NCBI GenBank assembly: GCA_036505635.1
Contig: DASXTC010000021.1
Location: 124,032 to 188,031 of the forward strand
Direction of reading: 5' to 3'
From: Candidatus Polarisedimenticolia bacterium
GTDB lineage: Bacteria; Acidobacteriota; Polarisedimenticolia; JACPZX01; DASXTC01
DNA length: 64,000 nucleotides
In this document: positions 45,589 to 54,718 of the stretch, piece after piece
How positions within the stretch are numbered: the first letter of the stretch is position 1
Layout: the number at the start of each line of letters is the position of its first letter
Position numbers and translations under genes: made by a program
Notes under the pieces: generated by a model
What the model saw: only the letters and a program-made list of their open reading frames with translations
The model's database searches: none
What the model was told of the DNA's origin: nothing

Positions 45589-46185
45589 ATGCGAAGGCTG
45601 ACGTTGGCGGACCTGACGGCGCCGGGGGAGTACGAGAGGACCCGCGCCGAGTTCCGCCGCCGGATCATCGAGCTCAAGCGCCACCGCCGCGTGACGGTGG
45701 GAGACCGGGTCAGCCTCGTGTTCGAGAACCGCGAGACCGCGCTGTCGCAGGTGCAGGAGATGGTCCGCGCCGAGAGGATCGTGGAGCCCGAGAAGATTCA
45801 GTTCGAGATCGACACCTACAACGCGCTGATCCCGGAGCCGGGCGGCCTGTCGGCGACCCTCTTCATCGAGATCACGACGGCGCCCGACCTGCGTGCGGAG
45901 CTGGACCGCTTCATCGGGCTGGACCGTCCCGGCACCGTCTTCTTCGACCTGGGGAAGGCGGGGCGCGTGGAGGGGGCCTTCGAGAAAGGGCACAGCGACG
46001 CGCAGCGGATCAGCGCCGTCCACTACGTGACCTTCGACTTCACACCGGACCAGCGGCGGGCATTCATGGAGGCGGCCGGAGCGGGGAGCAGCCTCTCGCT
46101 CGCGATCGAGCATCCCAACTACCGCCACCGTGCGGTGGTGAGCGAGGAGGTCCTCAAGTCGCTCGCCGAAGATCTCATGCCGTGA
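45589..46185 (+). CDS. DUF3501-family protein
   Basis: 198 aa. Position and composition match the family that typically pairs with rubrerythrin and CCG-domain oxidoreductases. Confidence 0.55.
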   Translation: MRRLTLADLTAPGEYERTRAEFRRRIIELKRHRRVTVGDRVSLVFENRETALSQVQEMVRAERIVEPEKIQFEIDTYNALIPEPGGLSATLFIEITTAPDLRAELDRFIGLDRPGTVFFDLGKAGRVEGAFEKGHSDAQRISAVHYVTFDFTPDQRRAFMEAAGAGSSLSLAIEHPNYRHRAVVSEEVLKSLAEDLMP

Positions 46186-46862
46186 TGTGGAGGACCACCC
46201 TTCGAGGGCCCGCCGGCGGGCCGGAGGCCATCCCCGTCTGCCTGGTCTCTCCTCGGGAGGCCGGCCGGGCCGGCGCGCTCCGCGCCCTCTCGCCGCGCGA
46301 GAGGGCCCTCATGAGGCGGCGCGCCGCGCCACCCGCCCAGGCCCGGGCAGACTTCCTCGCCGGACGGCTCGCCGCCCGCGAGCTCCTGGGGCCTGGCTTC
46401 GAGGTCCTCAATGGGAAGCAGGGCGAGCCGGTTGTCGCCGCGCTTGGCGGAGGCGCGGCCCGCGTCGCGTTGTCGATCGCGCACAGCCGCGGGTTCGGGA
46501 TGGCGGGGATCAGCGCCGGGAGGGGCTGGGCCATCGGCGTGGACGTGGAGTCTAGAAACGCCATGTCCGAGAACCTCACGTCGCGGGTGCTCACGCGGCG
46601 GGAGCTGCGCCGCGTGGCGAGGGCCGGCGCCGCCGGCCGGGGCCGCGCCGCGCTGGAGCACTGGGTCCTCAAGGAGGCGGCGCTCAAGACGATGCGCGGG
46701 CACGCGGGGGTGGGGCTGCTGCGCACCCCCGGCGCCATCGAGGTCGTGCGGCTGAGCAGGCGGGGATGGGGGCGCGTCAAGATGCCCGGCGGGGGTCAGG
46801 CGCGCGGCAGGCTGATCGCGAGATCGGGGGTCACGATGGCGGTGGTGCTGGCGCCGAGGTGA
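46182..46862 (+). CDS. 4'-phosphopantetheinyl transferase superfamily protein (Sfp-like)
   Basis: GVDVE metal-binding motif and WVLKEAALK (W-x-x-KEA-x-x-K) motif. Confidence 0.6.
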   Translation: MMWRTTLRGPAGGPEAIPVCLVSPREAGRAGALRALSPRERALMRRRAAPPAQARADFLAGRLAARELLGPGFEVLNGKQGEPVVAALGGGAARVALSIAHSRGFGMAGISAGRGWAIGVDVESRNAMSENLTSRVLTRRELRRVARAGAAGRGRAALEHWVLKEAALKTMRGHAGVGLLRTPGAIEVVRLSRRGWGRVKMPGGGQARGRLIARSGVTMAVVLAPR

Positions 46863-47499
46863 GCTCCGGGGGGATCGCCGCGGCCACGCCTCGGGCCACC
46901 TCCTCCAGCCGGCCATCGAACCCGTGGCCGGCGCCCGCCACGGGGATCACCTTCGCACCGGCCGGCAACGTCGCGGCGAAGGCCATGACGTCCGCCAGCG
47001 GGCCGAAGCGGTCCAGCTCCCCCTGGATGATCGACAGCGGCTTGAGGCTTTGCCTCAGGAAGTCGAAGTCGTACAGCGAAACCGGGAGCCCGATTCCGAT
47101 CATCGCCGACACCCTGTCGGCGCCGGACCCCGCCTTGAGTCCGGCGAAGGCGCCGAAGGAGTATCCCGCGACGAGGATCGGCGCCGCGGGGAACCGCCCG
47201 GCCAGATAGTCGAGGACGGCCCTCACGTCGTCCTGTTCCCCGTGTCCCGTGTCGTGTCTGCCCTCGCTCAGCCCCACCCCACGGAAATTGAAACGCAGCA
47301 CCGGGAGCCCGGCCCGGGACAGCGCCCCGGCCGCGGCGTGCACGACCTTGTTGTGCATCGTGCCGCCGAAGAGTGGATGCGGATGGCACACTACGGCCGC
47401 GGCCGGTGGCGGCTCCGAGGCCTGCCCGCCGGAGGGGTGCTTGATCATGCACTCGATCCGGCCGGCGGGACCATCCAGGAAGACTGGCTCGATCCTCAT
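46831..47499 (-). CDS. alpha/beta-fold hydrolase (esterase/thioesterase-like)
   Basis: Nucleophile elbow GYSFGA. Start chosen at MRIEPVF. Its 3' end overlaps the PPTase 3' end (convergent). Confidence 0.6.
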   Translation of the reverse strand: MRIEPVFLDGPAGRIECMIKHPSGGQASEPPPAAAVVCHPHPLFGGTMHNKVVHAAAGALSRAGLPVLRFNFRGVGLSEGRHDTGHGEQDDVRAVLDYLAGRFPAAPILVAGYSFGAFAGLKAGSGADRVSAMIGIGLPVSLYDFDFLRQSLKPLSIIQGELDRFGPLADVMAFAATLPAGAKVIPVAGAGHGFDGRLEEVARGVAAAIPPELTSAPAPPPS

Positions 47500-47595
47500 G
47501 CGGGTGGGCGAGGGTACCACGAGAGGCCCTTTCCCGGTCCTTGACGTGGTGATGTCATGATGATATCATTACGACATCACATGGGAGGACCATCG

Positions 47596-48465
47596 ATGAT
47601 CAAGGAGAGGGAACGTACCGTACCGTCCGGCTTCGCGGCGCTGGCCCTGCTGGTCCCGGCGCTGGTGGTGCTCGTCTACGTCTTTGTCCGCGCGTGCATC
47701 GCCGAGCACGTCGGTCAGGCGGTCTCCTTCGGCCTGGTCGGGCTGGCCGACGCAGTGTGTCTGTTCGGCTTCTTCATGGTCAACCCCAACGAGGCGCGCG
47801 TGCTGCAGCTCTTCGGCAAGTACGCCGGCACCGTGAAGGCGCCGGGCCTGCGCTGGGCGAACCCCTTCTACACGAAGAGGCGCGTCTCGCAGAGGATCCG
47901 CAACTTCGAGAGCGCGCGGCTCAAGGTCAACGACACCGACGGCAATCCGGTCGAGATCGCGGCCGTCATCGTGTGGAAGGTCGTCGACACGGCGGAGGCG
48001 ATCTTCGAGGTGGACAACTTCGATAACTACGTCCACGTGCAGAGCGAGGCGGCCCTGAGGAACCTCGCCACCAGCTACCCCTACGACACGCACGTGGAGG
48101 GGCACATGTCGCTGCGCGGAAACACGGCCGAAATCGCCGAGCACCTCAAGACCGAGATCCAGGCGAGGCTCACGAAGGCGGGCGTGGAGATCATCGAGTC
48201 CCGGATGAGCCACCTTGCGTATGCGCCCGAGATCGCCTCGGCGATGCTGCAGCGGCAGCAGGCCGGCGCTGTCGTGGCCGCGCGGACCCGGATCGTCGAG
48301 GGGGCGGTGGGGATGGTCCAGATGGCTCTCGACAAGCTCTCCCGCGACCACGTGGTCGAGCTGGACGAGGAGCGCAAGGCGCAGATGGTCAGCAATCTGC
48401 TGGTGGTGCTCTGCGGCCACAGCGGAGCGCAGCCCGTGGTCAACGCCGGCACCATTTACCAATAG
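47596..48465 (+). CDS. SPFH/band-7 domain membrane protein
   Basis: N-terminal TM helix then an SPFH domain. GGGAGG RBS at 47583-47588 precedes ATG 47596. Confidence 0.75.
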   Translation: MIKERERTVPSGFAALALLVPALVVLVYVFVRACIAEHVGQAVSFGLVGLADAVCLFGFFMVNPNEARVLQLFGKYAGTVKAPGLRWANPFYTKRRVSQRIRNFESARLKVNDTDGNPVEIAAVIVWKVVDTAEAIFEVDNFDNYVHVQSEAALRNLATSYPYDTHVEGHMSLRGNTAEIAEHLKTEIQARLTKAGVEIIESRMSHLAYAPEIASAMLQRQQAGAVVAARTRIVEGAVGMVQMALDKLSRDHVVELDEERKAQMVSNLLVVLCGHSGAQPVVNAGTIYQ

Positions 48466-48469
48466 TCCC

Positions 48470-48682
48470 GTGGCCGAGCGAAGGTCCTTCCTCCTGAGGA
48501 TCGACGGGGACGTCCTCGACGCGCTGCAGCGCTGGGCGGCCGACGAGCTGCGCAGCCTCAACGGCCAGATCGAGTATCTGCTGAGGCGGGAGCTGGCCGA
48601 TGAGGGGCGCCTCAGAAACCCGCCACCCGGGGGTCCGGCTCCGACCCGGCGCGGGGGCGGACGGCCCCGGAAGAGCACGTAG
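48470..48682 (+). CDS. Arc/MetJ-type ribbon-helix-helix DNA-binding protein
   Basis: 70 aa. FLLRIDGDVLDALQRWAADELRSLNGQIEYLLRREL is a textbook RHH pattern. GTG start. Confidence 0.5.
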   Translation: MAERRSFLLRIDGDVLDALQRWAADELRSLNGQIEYLLRRELADEGRLRNPPPGGPAPTRRGGGRPRKST

Positions 48683-48756
48683 TGTCCTGAGTCTGAAGTC
48701 CTGAGGCGAAGGATGCACTCAGCTGGTGGAGGAGACGCTCCCTCGGGGACGGGGTT

Positions 48757-48779
48757 GCGCGTCGCTCCAGGCGACGCGC
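48757..48779. terminator. GC-rich hairpin (9-bp stem GCGCGTCGC / GCGACGCGC, 5-nt loop) between convergent genes; candidate bidirectional terminator
   Basis: Perfect inverted repeat seen directly. A second palindrome GCCGCCCCCGGGGCGGC lies at about 48803-48819. No U-tract, so intrinsic-terminator function is uncertain. Confidence 0.3.
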
Positions 48780-48908
48780 CCCCCTGCCTCTCCCTTGCCC
48801 TGCCGCCCCCGGGGCGGCAACCGGGCTCGGTCCGAGAGCCCCCTCGGGAGCGTCACCTCCGCCAGCTCGATACTCGGGAATTACCTGCGAGGCTTCCGAC
48901 TCACCACA

Positions 48909-50022
48909 CTAGCCTCCTCGTTTTCCCCCCTCGCTCCGGTCCAGCAGGTACGCCTTGATGAAGGCGTCGATGTCCCCGTCGAGCACGTCGCCCGTCTGGG
49001 ATGTCTGGACTCCCGTGCGCAGGTCCTTCACCATCTGGTACGGATGAAGGACATAGGAGCGGATCTGGCTGCCGAACTCGATGTCCTTCTTGGCACCCTC
49101 CTCCTTCGCCCGTTTCTCGTCCTTCTTGCGCCGCTCCAGATCGTACAGGCGCGACTTGAGCAGCTTCATGGCCGTGTCCCGGTTGCGGTGCTGGGAGCGC
49201 TCGTTCTGGCACTGGACCACGATCCCCGTGGGGAGATGCGTGATCCGGATCGCCGAGTCTGTCACGTTGACGTGTTGTCCACCCGCGCCGCTGCTGCGGA
49301 AGGTGTCGACGCGCAGGTCCTTGTCGTCCACCTCGATCTGGATCTCGTCGTTGAGCTCCGGGTACACGTAGACGGAGGCGAAGGACGTGTGGCGACGGGC
49401 GTTGGCGTCAAACGGAGAGATACGGACCAGCCGATGGACCCCGTTTTCGGCCTTCAGATATCCGTACGCGTCCTTTCCCCTGACCAGGACCGTGGCGCTC
49501 TTGAGCCCCGCCTCCTCGCCGTCCTGGTAGTCGATGATCTCCACGGAGTAGCGCCGCCTCTCACACCATCGCAGGTACATCCGATAGAGCATCTCCGCCC
49601 AGTCCTGGGCCTCGATCCCGCCGGCGCCGGGATGGATCGTAAGGATGGCGTTGGCGTGGTCGTTCTCGCCGCCCATCATCATCGCCAGCTCGATCGCCTC
49701 GAGCTGCGCCTGCGTGTCTTCGATCGCCCGGCGCAGATCGGCGTTGACCGGCTCCCCCTCGCGGCCCAGCTCCACGAGAGTCTTCGCGTCCTCGTAGGCG
49801 GACAGGAGGCTCCTGCCGGCGTCGAGGCCTTCCTTCAGGCCGGCGCGTTTCTGGAGGGTGAGCTGCGCGGATTGAGGATTGTCCCAGAAGCCGGCGCGCG
49901 CCATCTCCTCGTCGAGGGAGCCGATCTCCTTGAGCCTCCCGTCGAGGTCAAAGGTACACCCGGAGAGAATCGAGCCGCTGGCCCAGCCCGCCGAGCCTCC
50001 GCACGAGATCGTCGTCGAGCAT
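48909..50022 (-). CDS. prfB: peptide chain release factor 2, with canonical +1 programmed ribosomal frameshift
   Basis: The short frame-0 ORF MLDDDLVRRLGGLGQRLDSLRVYL ends at an in-frame TGA within the CTT TGA C shift site (minus strand, at about 49945-49950). The +1 frame continues DLDGRLKEIGSLDEEMARAGFW... with SPF and GGQ motifs (DTFRSSGAGGQHVN). Confidence 0.9.
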
Positions 50023-50029
50023 GTTCGTT

Positions 50030-51595
50030 TCAGCCGGCATGATGACCTCCAGGCGACCTCGGGATGAGCGCCGCGGCCATGGATGAGGCGGTGAGTATAA
50101 CACAGAGGATCGCGAAGACATCACCGGTGCCCGCGTAGAGCGTATTCTGGTCGGCAGGTCGCACGCTTCCCTCGAGGATCGTCTTTTCCCCCAGACGAGA
50201 CGCCGAGACGATCCGCCCCGTGGGTTCCACGATCGCGCTGATGCCCGTATTGGCGCAGCGCAGCAGCGGCCTGCGGTTTTCCACGGCGCGCATCGCCGCC
50301 TGCATCAGGTGCTGGCGGGGCATCGCCGTGTCCTCGTACCACGCGTCGTTCGTGATGTTCACGAGGACCTGGGCGCCGGCGAGGGTGAAACGGCGGACCA
50401 GCGCGGGGAAGATAGCCTCGTAGCAGATGAGCGCGCCCAGAGGTGCCCCTCCTCCCTGCAGCAGCGTCACGCCCTCGCCCGGATGGAAGTCGCTCGCCTC
50501 CTGCACCAGAGGCTCGAGGAAGAAGAGGTACCCTTTGAGCGGGACATACTCGCCGAACGGGACGAGATGGATCTTGTCGTAGCGTCCGGTCACCCCGCCG
50601 GCCGGCCCGACGATGACGGCGCTGTTGAAGGGGACGTTCGCGCCGTCGCGCGACTCGTAAGATACGGTTCCCAGCAGGAGGTCCGCGCCCGTCTCCCGCG
50701 CCAGGTCCTCCAGCCGGCGGGCGTAGGCCGGGTCGTGGGTGATCGAAGCGGGAACGGCGGACTCGGACCATACCACGAGGCCGGCTCCGCGCCCCGCCGC
50801 GCGGCGCGTCATCTCGAAATGATCCGCCTCGATCCGCAGGCGCTCATCGGGATCCCACTTGTCCGACTGCGCCACGCTGGTCTGCACCAGCGCGGCCTTG
50901 ATCTCACCTGCTCCTTTCCGTGGAGGATAGGCCAGCCTCCAGGCCCCGTAGCCGGACGCGGTCACGAGGATTCCCGTCAGGACGGCCAGCGACGCGCGGC
51001 GCGATGACCCGGGGCGCTCCACCAGGATCGCGACGAGGGCGCCGGAGGCGGCCAGCACGAAGGAGACGCCATAGACCCCCGCCAGATCGGCGACCTGGAC
51101 CACAGCGAGGGCCGGCATCTGCGAATACCCCAGCAGGCACCATGGAAACCCGGTGAAGAGGATCCCGCGTGTCCATTCAAGGGCGCACCACCCAACCGGA
51201 GCGAGCAGACAGGCCGTCGCGCTCCCCCAGCGGCGGCTCCAGGCGCGCACGCAGACCGCGAACGCCCCGAAATAGATCGCGACATAGGTGACGAGCAGGA
51301 GGAAGACGGCCGCCGCCTCGACGTGGGACAGGTTCGCCCAGCGCACGAGAAACGGATCGATCCAGCAGATCAGGAGCCCGAACGCGGTCATCCCGGAGAC
51401 GAGACCGTATCGCGCGGCCCCCCACTCGTTGCGCGCGCGAAGCGCGGCGAGGATCACCGGCGCCAGGCAGAACCACGCGGCCGGCCAGAACCCTTGGATG
51501 TTCGGGATGGGCAGCGGTGGGCCCAGAGGAAATGACAGGGCCATCAGGAGGCCGCCAGCCACGGCCATCGCGAGCGGGATGTGCCGGCGGGGCAC
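50030..51595 (-). CDS. lnt: apolipoprotein N-acyltransferase
   Basis: N-terminal multi-TM domain plus C-terminal CN-hydrolase domain with catalytic E-K-C (ALICYEAIFP). Confidence 0.85.
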   Translation of the reverse strand: MPRRHIPLAMAVAGGLLMALSFPLGPPLPIPNIQGFWPAAWFCLAPVILAALRARNEWGAARYGLVSGMTAFGLLICWIDPFLVRWANLSHVEAAAVFLLLVTYVAIYFGAFAVCVRAWSRRWGSATACLLAPVGWCALEWTRGILFTGFPWCLLGYSQMPALAVVQVADLAGVYGVSFVLAASGALVAILVERPGSSRRASLAVLTGILVTASGYGAWRLAYPPRKGAGEIKAALVQTSVAQSDKWDPDERLRIEADHFEMTRRAAGRGAGLVVWSESAVPASITHDPAYARRLEDLARETGADLLLGTVSYESRDGANVPFNSAVIVGPAGGVTGRYDKIHLVPFGEYVPLKGYLFFLEPLVQEASDFHPGEGVTLLQGGGAPLGALICYEAIFPALVRRFTLAGAQVLVNITNDAWYEDTAMPRQHLMQAAMRAVENRRPLLRCANTGISAIVEPTGRIVSASRLGEKTILEGSVRPADQNTLYAGTGDVFAILCVILTASSMAAALIPRSPGGHHAG

Positions 51596-51597
51596 GC

Positions 51598-52242
51598 TCA
51601 GGGGATCCAGGTGCTCAGGTGCTCCTGCTCGCGCAGGAGCCCGGCCGCCCTCTCCGCCTCCTCCCGATCGGCGTAGGGTCCCACTCTGACCTTGTAGGCG
51701 CCCCGGTCGGGCATGAGCACGACCGTGTAGCCCTTCGCCCGCAGGCGCCGTCGAAGCGCGTCGGCGGCGGCGCGGTCCTTCGAGACGAGGACCTGGACCA
51801 TCACGGCCTCGTTGACGGACCGCCTTCCGGTGGCGGCGCCGCCCGGTGGAACGCGCGTCCCTCCCTGCCCCGCCGCGCCGCCCGGCTCCACGGCGGCCTG
51901 CGCCGGCACGGGAGAGAGCTTCCGTGTGGTCCGCGGCTCAGTGTCGGGACGTAGAGGCGCGGGCTCGTTGCCGGAGAGCGTGTCGAAGAAGGTGAGGTCC
52001 TTGGAGACGTCCCCCACGTCCTCGATACGGGCATCCGGGGAGCGCCCCGCGGACCCCTCTCCCGAGGCGAGGGTCGGGCCGGCGCTCTGCCGCTCAACCC
52101 AGCGGCCCAGCATGAACGAGGCGACGCAAAGGACCATCACGACCGCGATGAGAAAGACGAGGTGCCGGGTCTCGAGCTGGAACTCCTGCTCGGCGCCCTG
52201 GTCCGCCGCCGCGTCCTGCCTTCCGGCCGAACCGGAACGCAT
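51598..52242 (-). CDS. SPOR-domain protein (peptidoglycan-binding, division-associated)
   Basis: N-terminal TM helix, a low-complexity linker, and a C-terminal SPOR-like fold (VMVQVLVSKDRAAADALRRRLRAKGY ... YKVRVGPYADREEAERA). Confidence 0.65.
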   Translation of the reverse strand: MRSGSAGRQDAAADQGAEQEFQLETRHLVFLIAVVMVLCVASFMLGRWVERQSAGPTLASGEGSAGRSPDARIEDVGDVSKDLTFFDTLSGNEPAPLRPDTEPRTTRKLSPVPAQAAVEPGGAAGQGGTRVPPGGAATGRRSVNEAVMVQVLVSKDRAAADALRRRLRAKGYTVVLMPDRGAYKVRVGPYADREEAERAAGLLREQEHLSTWIP

Positions 52243-52245
52243 GGC

Positions 52246-53007
52246 CTACTTCACCACGGGCAGGAAGGGCCTCATCAGATCGATGGGCAGCGGGAAGATG
52301 ATCGTCGAGTTCTTCTCGGTGGCGATTTCGGTCAGCGTCTGAAGGTAGCGGAGCTGGAGCGTCACGGGGCTCTTCTCGACGACCACCGCGGCCTTCGCCA
52401 GCATCTCGGAGGCCTCGTACTCACCGGCCGCGTGAATGATCTTGGCGCGCTTCTCGCGCTCGGCCTCCGCCTGCTTGGCCATCGCCCGCTGCATCTCCAC
52501 GGGAAGGTCCACGTGCTTGACCTCCACTGACGAGACCTTGATGCCCCACGGATCGGTGTGCTTGTCGAGGATCGTCTGGAGCTGCACGTTGAGCCGCTCG
52601 CGATCCGAGAGGAGCCCGTCGAGCTCGGCCTGCCCGAGCACCGACCGCAGCGTGGTCTGCGCGAGCTGCGAGGTCGCGTAGTGGTAGTTCTCGACCTCGA
52701 CCACCGCGCGTTTGGGGTCCATCACGCGGAAGTAGACCACCGCGTTGACCTTCACCGAGACGTTGTCCCGCGTGATGATGTCCTGTGGCGGGACGTCGAG
52801 CACGACCGTGCGCAGCGAGACGCGCACGAACCGGTCGATGACCGGAATGATGTAGGTCAGACCCGGGCCGAAGTCGCTGGGCTGGAGCCGCCCCAGCCTG
52901 AAGACCACGCCGCGCTCGTACTCGTTGAAGACCTTTATGCCCGAGAAGAAGAAGAGCACCAGGAAGAGTAACGGAACGACAATTGCCAACCCCGGCAGAT
53001 TCTCCAC
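52246..53007 (-). CDS. stomatin-like SPFH/band-7 protein (slipin)
   Basis: [17 protein letters not shown] ... classic stomatin/PHB signature. Confidence 0.85.
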   Translation of the reverse strand: MENLPGLAIVVPLLFLVLFFFSGIKVFNEYERGVVFRLGRLQPSDFGPGLTYIIPVIDRFVRVSLRTVVLDVPPQDIITRDNVSVKVNAVVYFRVMDPKRAVVEVENYHYATSQLAQTTLRSVLGQAELDGLLSDRERLNVQLQTILDKHTDPWGIKVSSVEVKHVDLPVEMQRAMAKQAEAEREKRAKIIHAAGEYEASEMLAKAAVVVEKSPVTLQLRYLQTLTEIATEKNSTIIFPLPIDLMRPFLPVVK

Positions 53008-53019
53008 ATCAGCCTCCCA

Positions 53020-54399
53020 TCATCGATCGACCGGCTCGACGTCCAGGCTCAGATTCCGAACCGCCTTGACCCGCACCTTGCGTCCCCGGGCGATCGGCTC
53101 GCTCGACATCGCGTTCCAGTATTCACCATGCACGAACACTTTGCCCTCGGGCTCCAGATCGGTCATCGCCTCGCCGATCTCCCCCGCCAGCGCCTCCACA
53201 CCGGTGGCCACGCGGGTGCGCTGCGCACGGACCACCAGCAGGGTCACCGCTGCCATGACGCCCCCGATGGTCAGGGCGGTGGGCAGGATGAACGACAGGG
53301 AGACTCCCAGGTCGGGCATCTCGCGGGTATCGAAGAGGGTGAGGAACCCCAGCGTCATCGCGAGGATGCCGCCCGCCGTCAACAGGCCATAGGAGGTGAA
53401 CTTGATCTCAAGGATGAAGAGGGCGACCGCCAGGATGACGAGCAGCAGCCCGAGGAGGTTGATCGGCAGAATCTGCACCGACATCGCGAACAGGATGAGC
53501 GCCACGCCACCTATCACGCCGGGCAGGATGAGGCCGGGGTGGTTGAACTCGACATAGAGCCCCAGCACCCCGACACCGAGCAGGAGAAACGCGATGTTCG
53601 GGTTGGCGATCCAGGAGAGGATCTTCTGCCGCAAGGTCATCTCGAACCGGTGGATGGGAGCGCCCTTGAGGGCCAGCGTCTGCTTGCGCCCGTCGAAGCG
53701 GCTGATCTCACGGCCGTCCAGCCTCTCGAGCAGGTCGGCCACGTCGTTGACGATGTAATCGATGACCTTCTGATCGAGGGCCTCGCGCTCCGTGAGGGCG
53801 ATGCTCTCCCTCACCATCCTCTCGTAGACCTCGGCGTTGCGCCCCCTGTTGGTCGCGATGCTGCGCACGCCGGCCGCCATGTCGTTCTCGATCTTCTCGC
53901 CGAGGTAGTTGCGGCTCCCCTTCTCCCCCTCCCCGGGGTTGCCGCCCATGGGGCCGACCGGGTGCCCCGCTCCGATGCGGGTGCCGGGCGTCATGGCGAT
54001 GATGTCGGCGGCGTTTGCGATGTACAGGCCCGCGGAGGCTGCCTGGGCGCCGGCGGGTGAGACGTAGACGGCGACCGGCGTGCGGGAGGACAGGATCTCC
54101 TGGATGATCTCCTCGCTGGACGTCACGAGACCGCCCGGCGTGTCCATCTCGAACAGGACCAGCTCGCAACGTTCCTCATCCGCCTTCGCAAGCGTTTTGC
54201 GAACGTACTCGACGGTGACGGGTGTGATGGGGCCCCGCATCCCGCTGATCAGCACCGGCCCGCCACGCCGCTCGGCGGCGGGCTGCGCGGCGCGGGGCAC
54301 CGGCCCCATGAGGATCAGGAGGAGGGCGCAGAGTGAGGCGGTGGGCAGGACGGCGCCGCCCCGGAGATAGGTTGCGGCCCATGGCATGCGTGATTTCAC
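53020..54399 (-). CDS. NfeD-family membrane protein (ClpP-class serine protease domain + OB-fold), stomatin partner
   Basis: N-terminal ClpP-like domain (GPITPVTVEYV ... SAGLYIANAADI), TM helices and a C-terminal OB domain. Immediately upstream of the stomatin gene, as is usual. Confidence 0.8.
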   Translation of the reverse strand: MKSRMPWAATYLRGGAVLPTASLCALLLILMGPVPRAAQPAAERRGGPVLISGMRGPITPVTVEYVRKTLAKADEERCELVLFEMDTPGGLVTSSEEIIQEILSSRTPVAVYVSPAGAQAASAGLYIANAADIIAMTPGTRIGAGHPVGPMGGNPGEGEKGSRNYLGEKIENDMAAGVRSIATNRGRNAEVYERMVRESIALTEREALDQKVIDYIVNDVADLLERLDGREISRFDGRKQTLALKGAPIHRFEMTLRQKILSWIANPNIAFLLLGVGVLGLYVEFNHPGLILPGVIGGVALILFAMSVQILPINLLGLLLVILAVALFILEIKFTSYGLLTAGGILAMTLGFLTLFDTREMPDLGVSLSFILPTALTIGGVMAAVTLLVVRAQRTRVATGVEALAGEIGEAMTDLEPEGKVFVHGEYWNAMSSEPIARGRKVRVKAVRNLSLDVEPVDR

Positions 54400-54436
54400 G
54401 GAGATCCTCTTCAGACGCCGTCAGTATAACCGGTTC

Positions 54437-54718
54437 TCAGCTCTCGGGAGTAATCCCCAGGCGGGAGAGGAGCTCCTTCGTCCCCCACTTCCTGATCTTC
54501 GCGACCGTCTCCGCGGGGTCGACCTCGGTCCAGACGTGGCCGCAATCGAGGCAGAGCCTGGCACGGTCGATCTCGACGTACGGGGTCGTCAGGGAGAGCG
54601 TGAACACCTTCACCTCGTCGGGCACGAATTCAGCGGGGCCCGTGCGCATGGCGCCGCGGAATCGTCCCGGTACGAGCCGGTCGCTCTGGCAGGCGGGACA
54701 CTTGTATTCAGCGCCCAT
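54437..54718 (-). CDS. small zinc-ribbon protein
   Basis: CPAC ... CLDCG spacing. Overlaps the start of the aminotransferase gene by 11 nt. Confidence 0.45.
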   Translation of the reverse strand: MGAEYKCPACQSDRLVPGRFRGAMRTGPAEFVPDEVKVFTLSLTTPYVEIDRARLCLDCGHVWTEVDPAETVAKIRKWGTKELLSRLGITPES

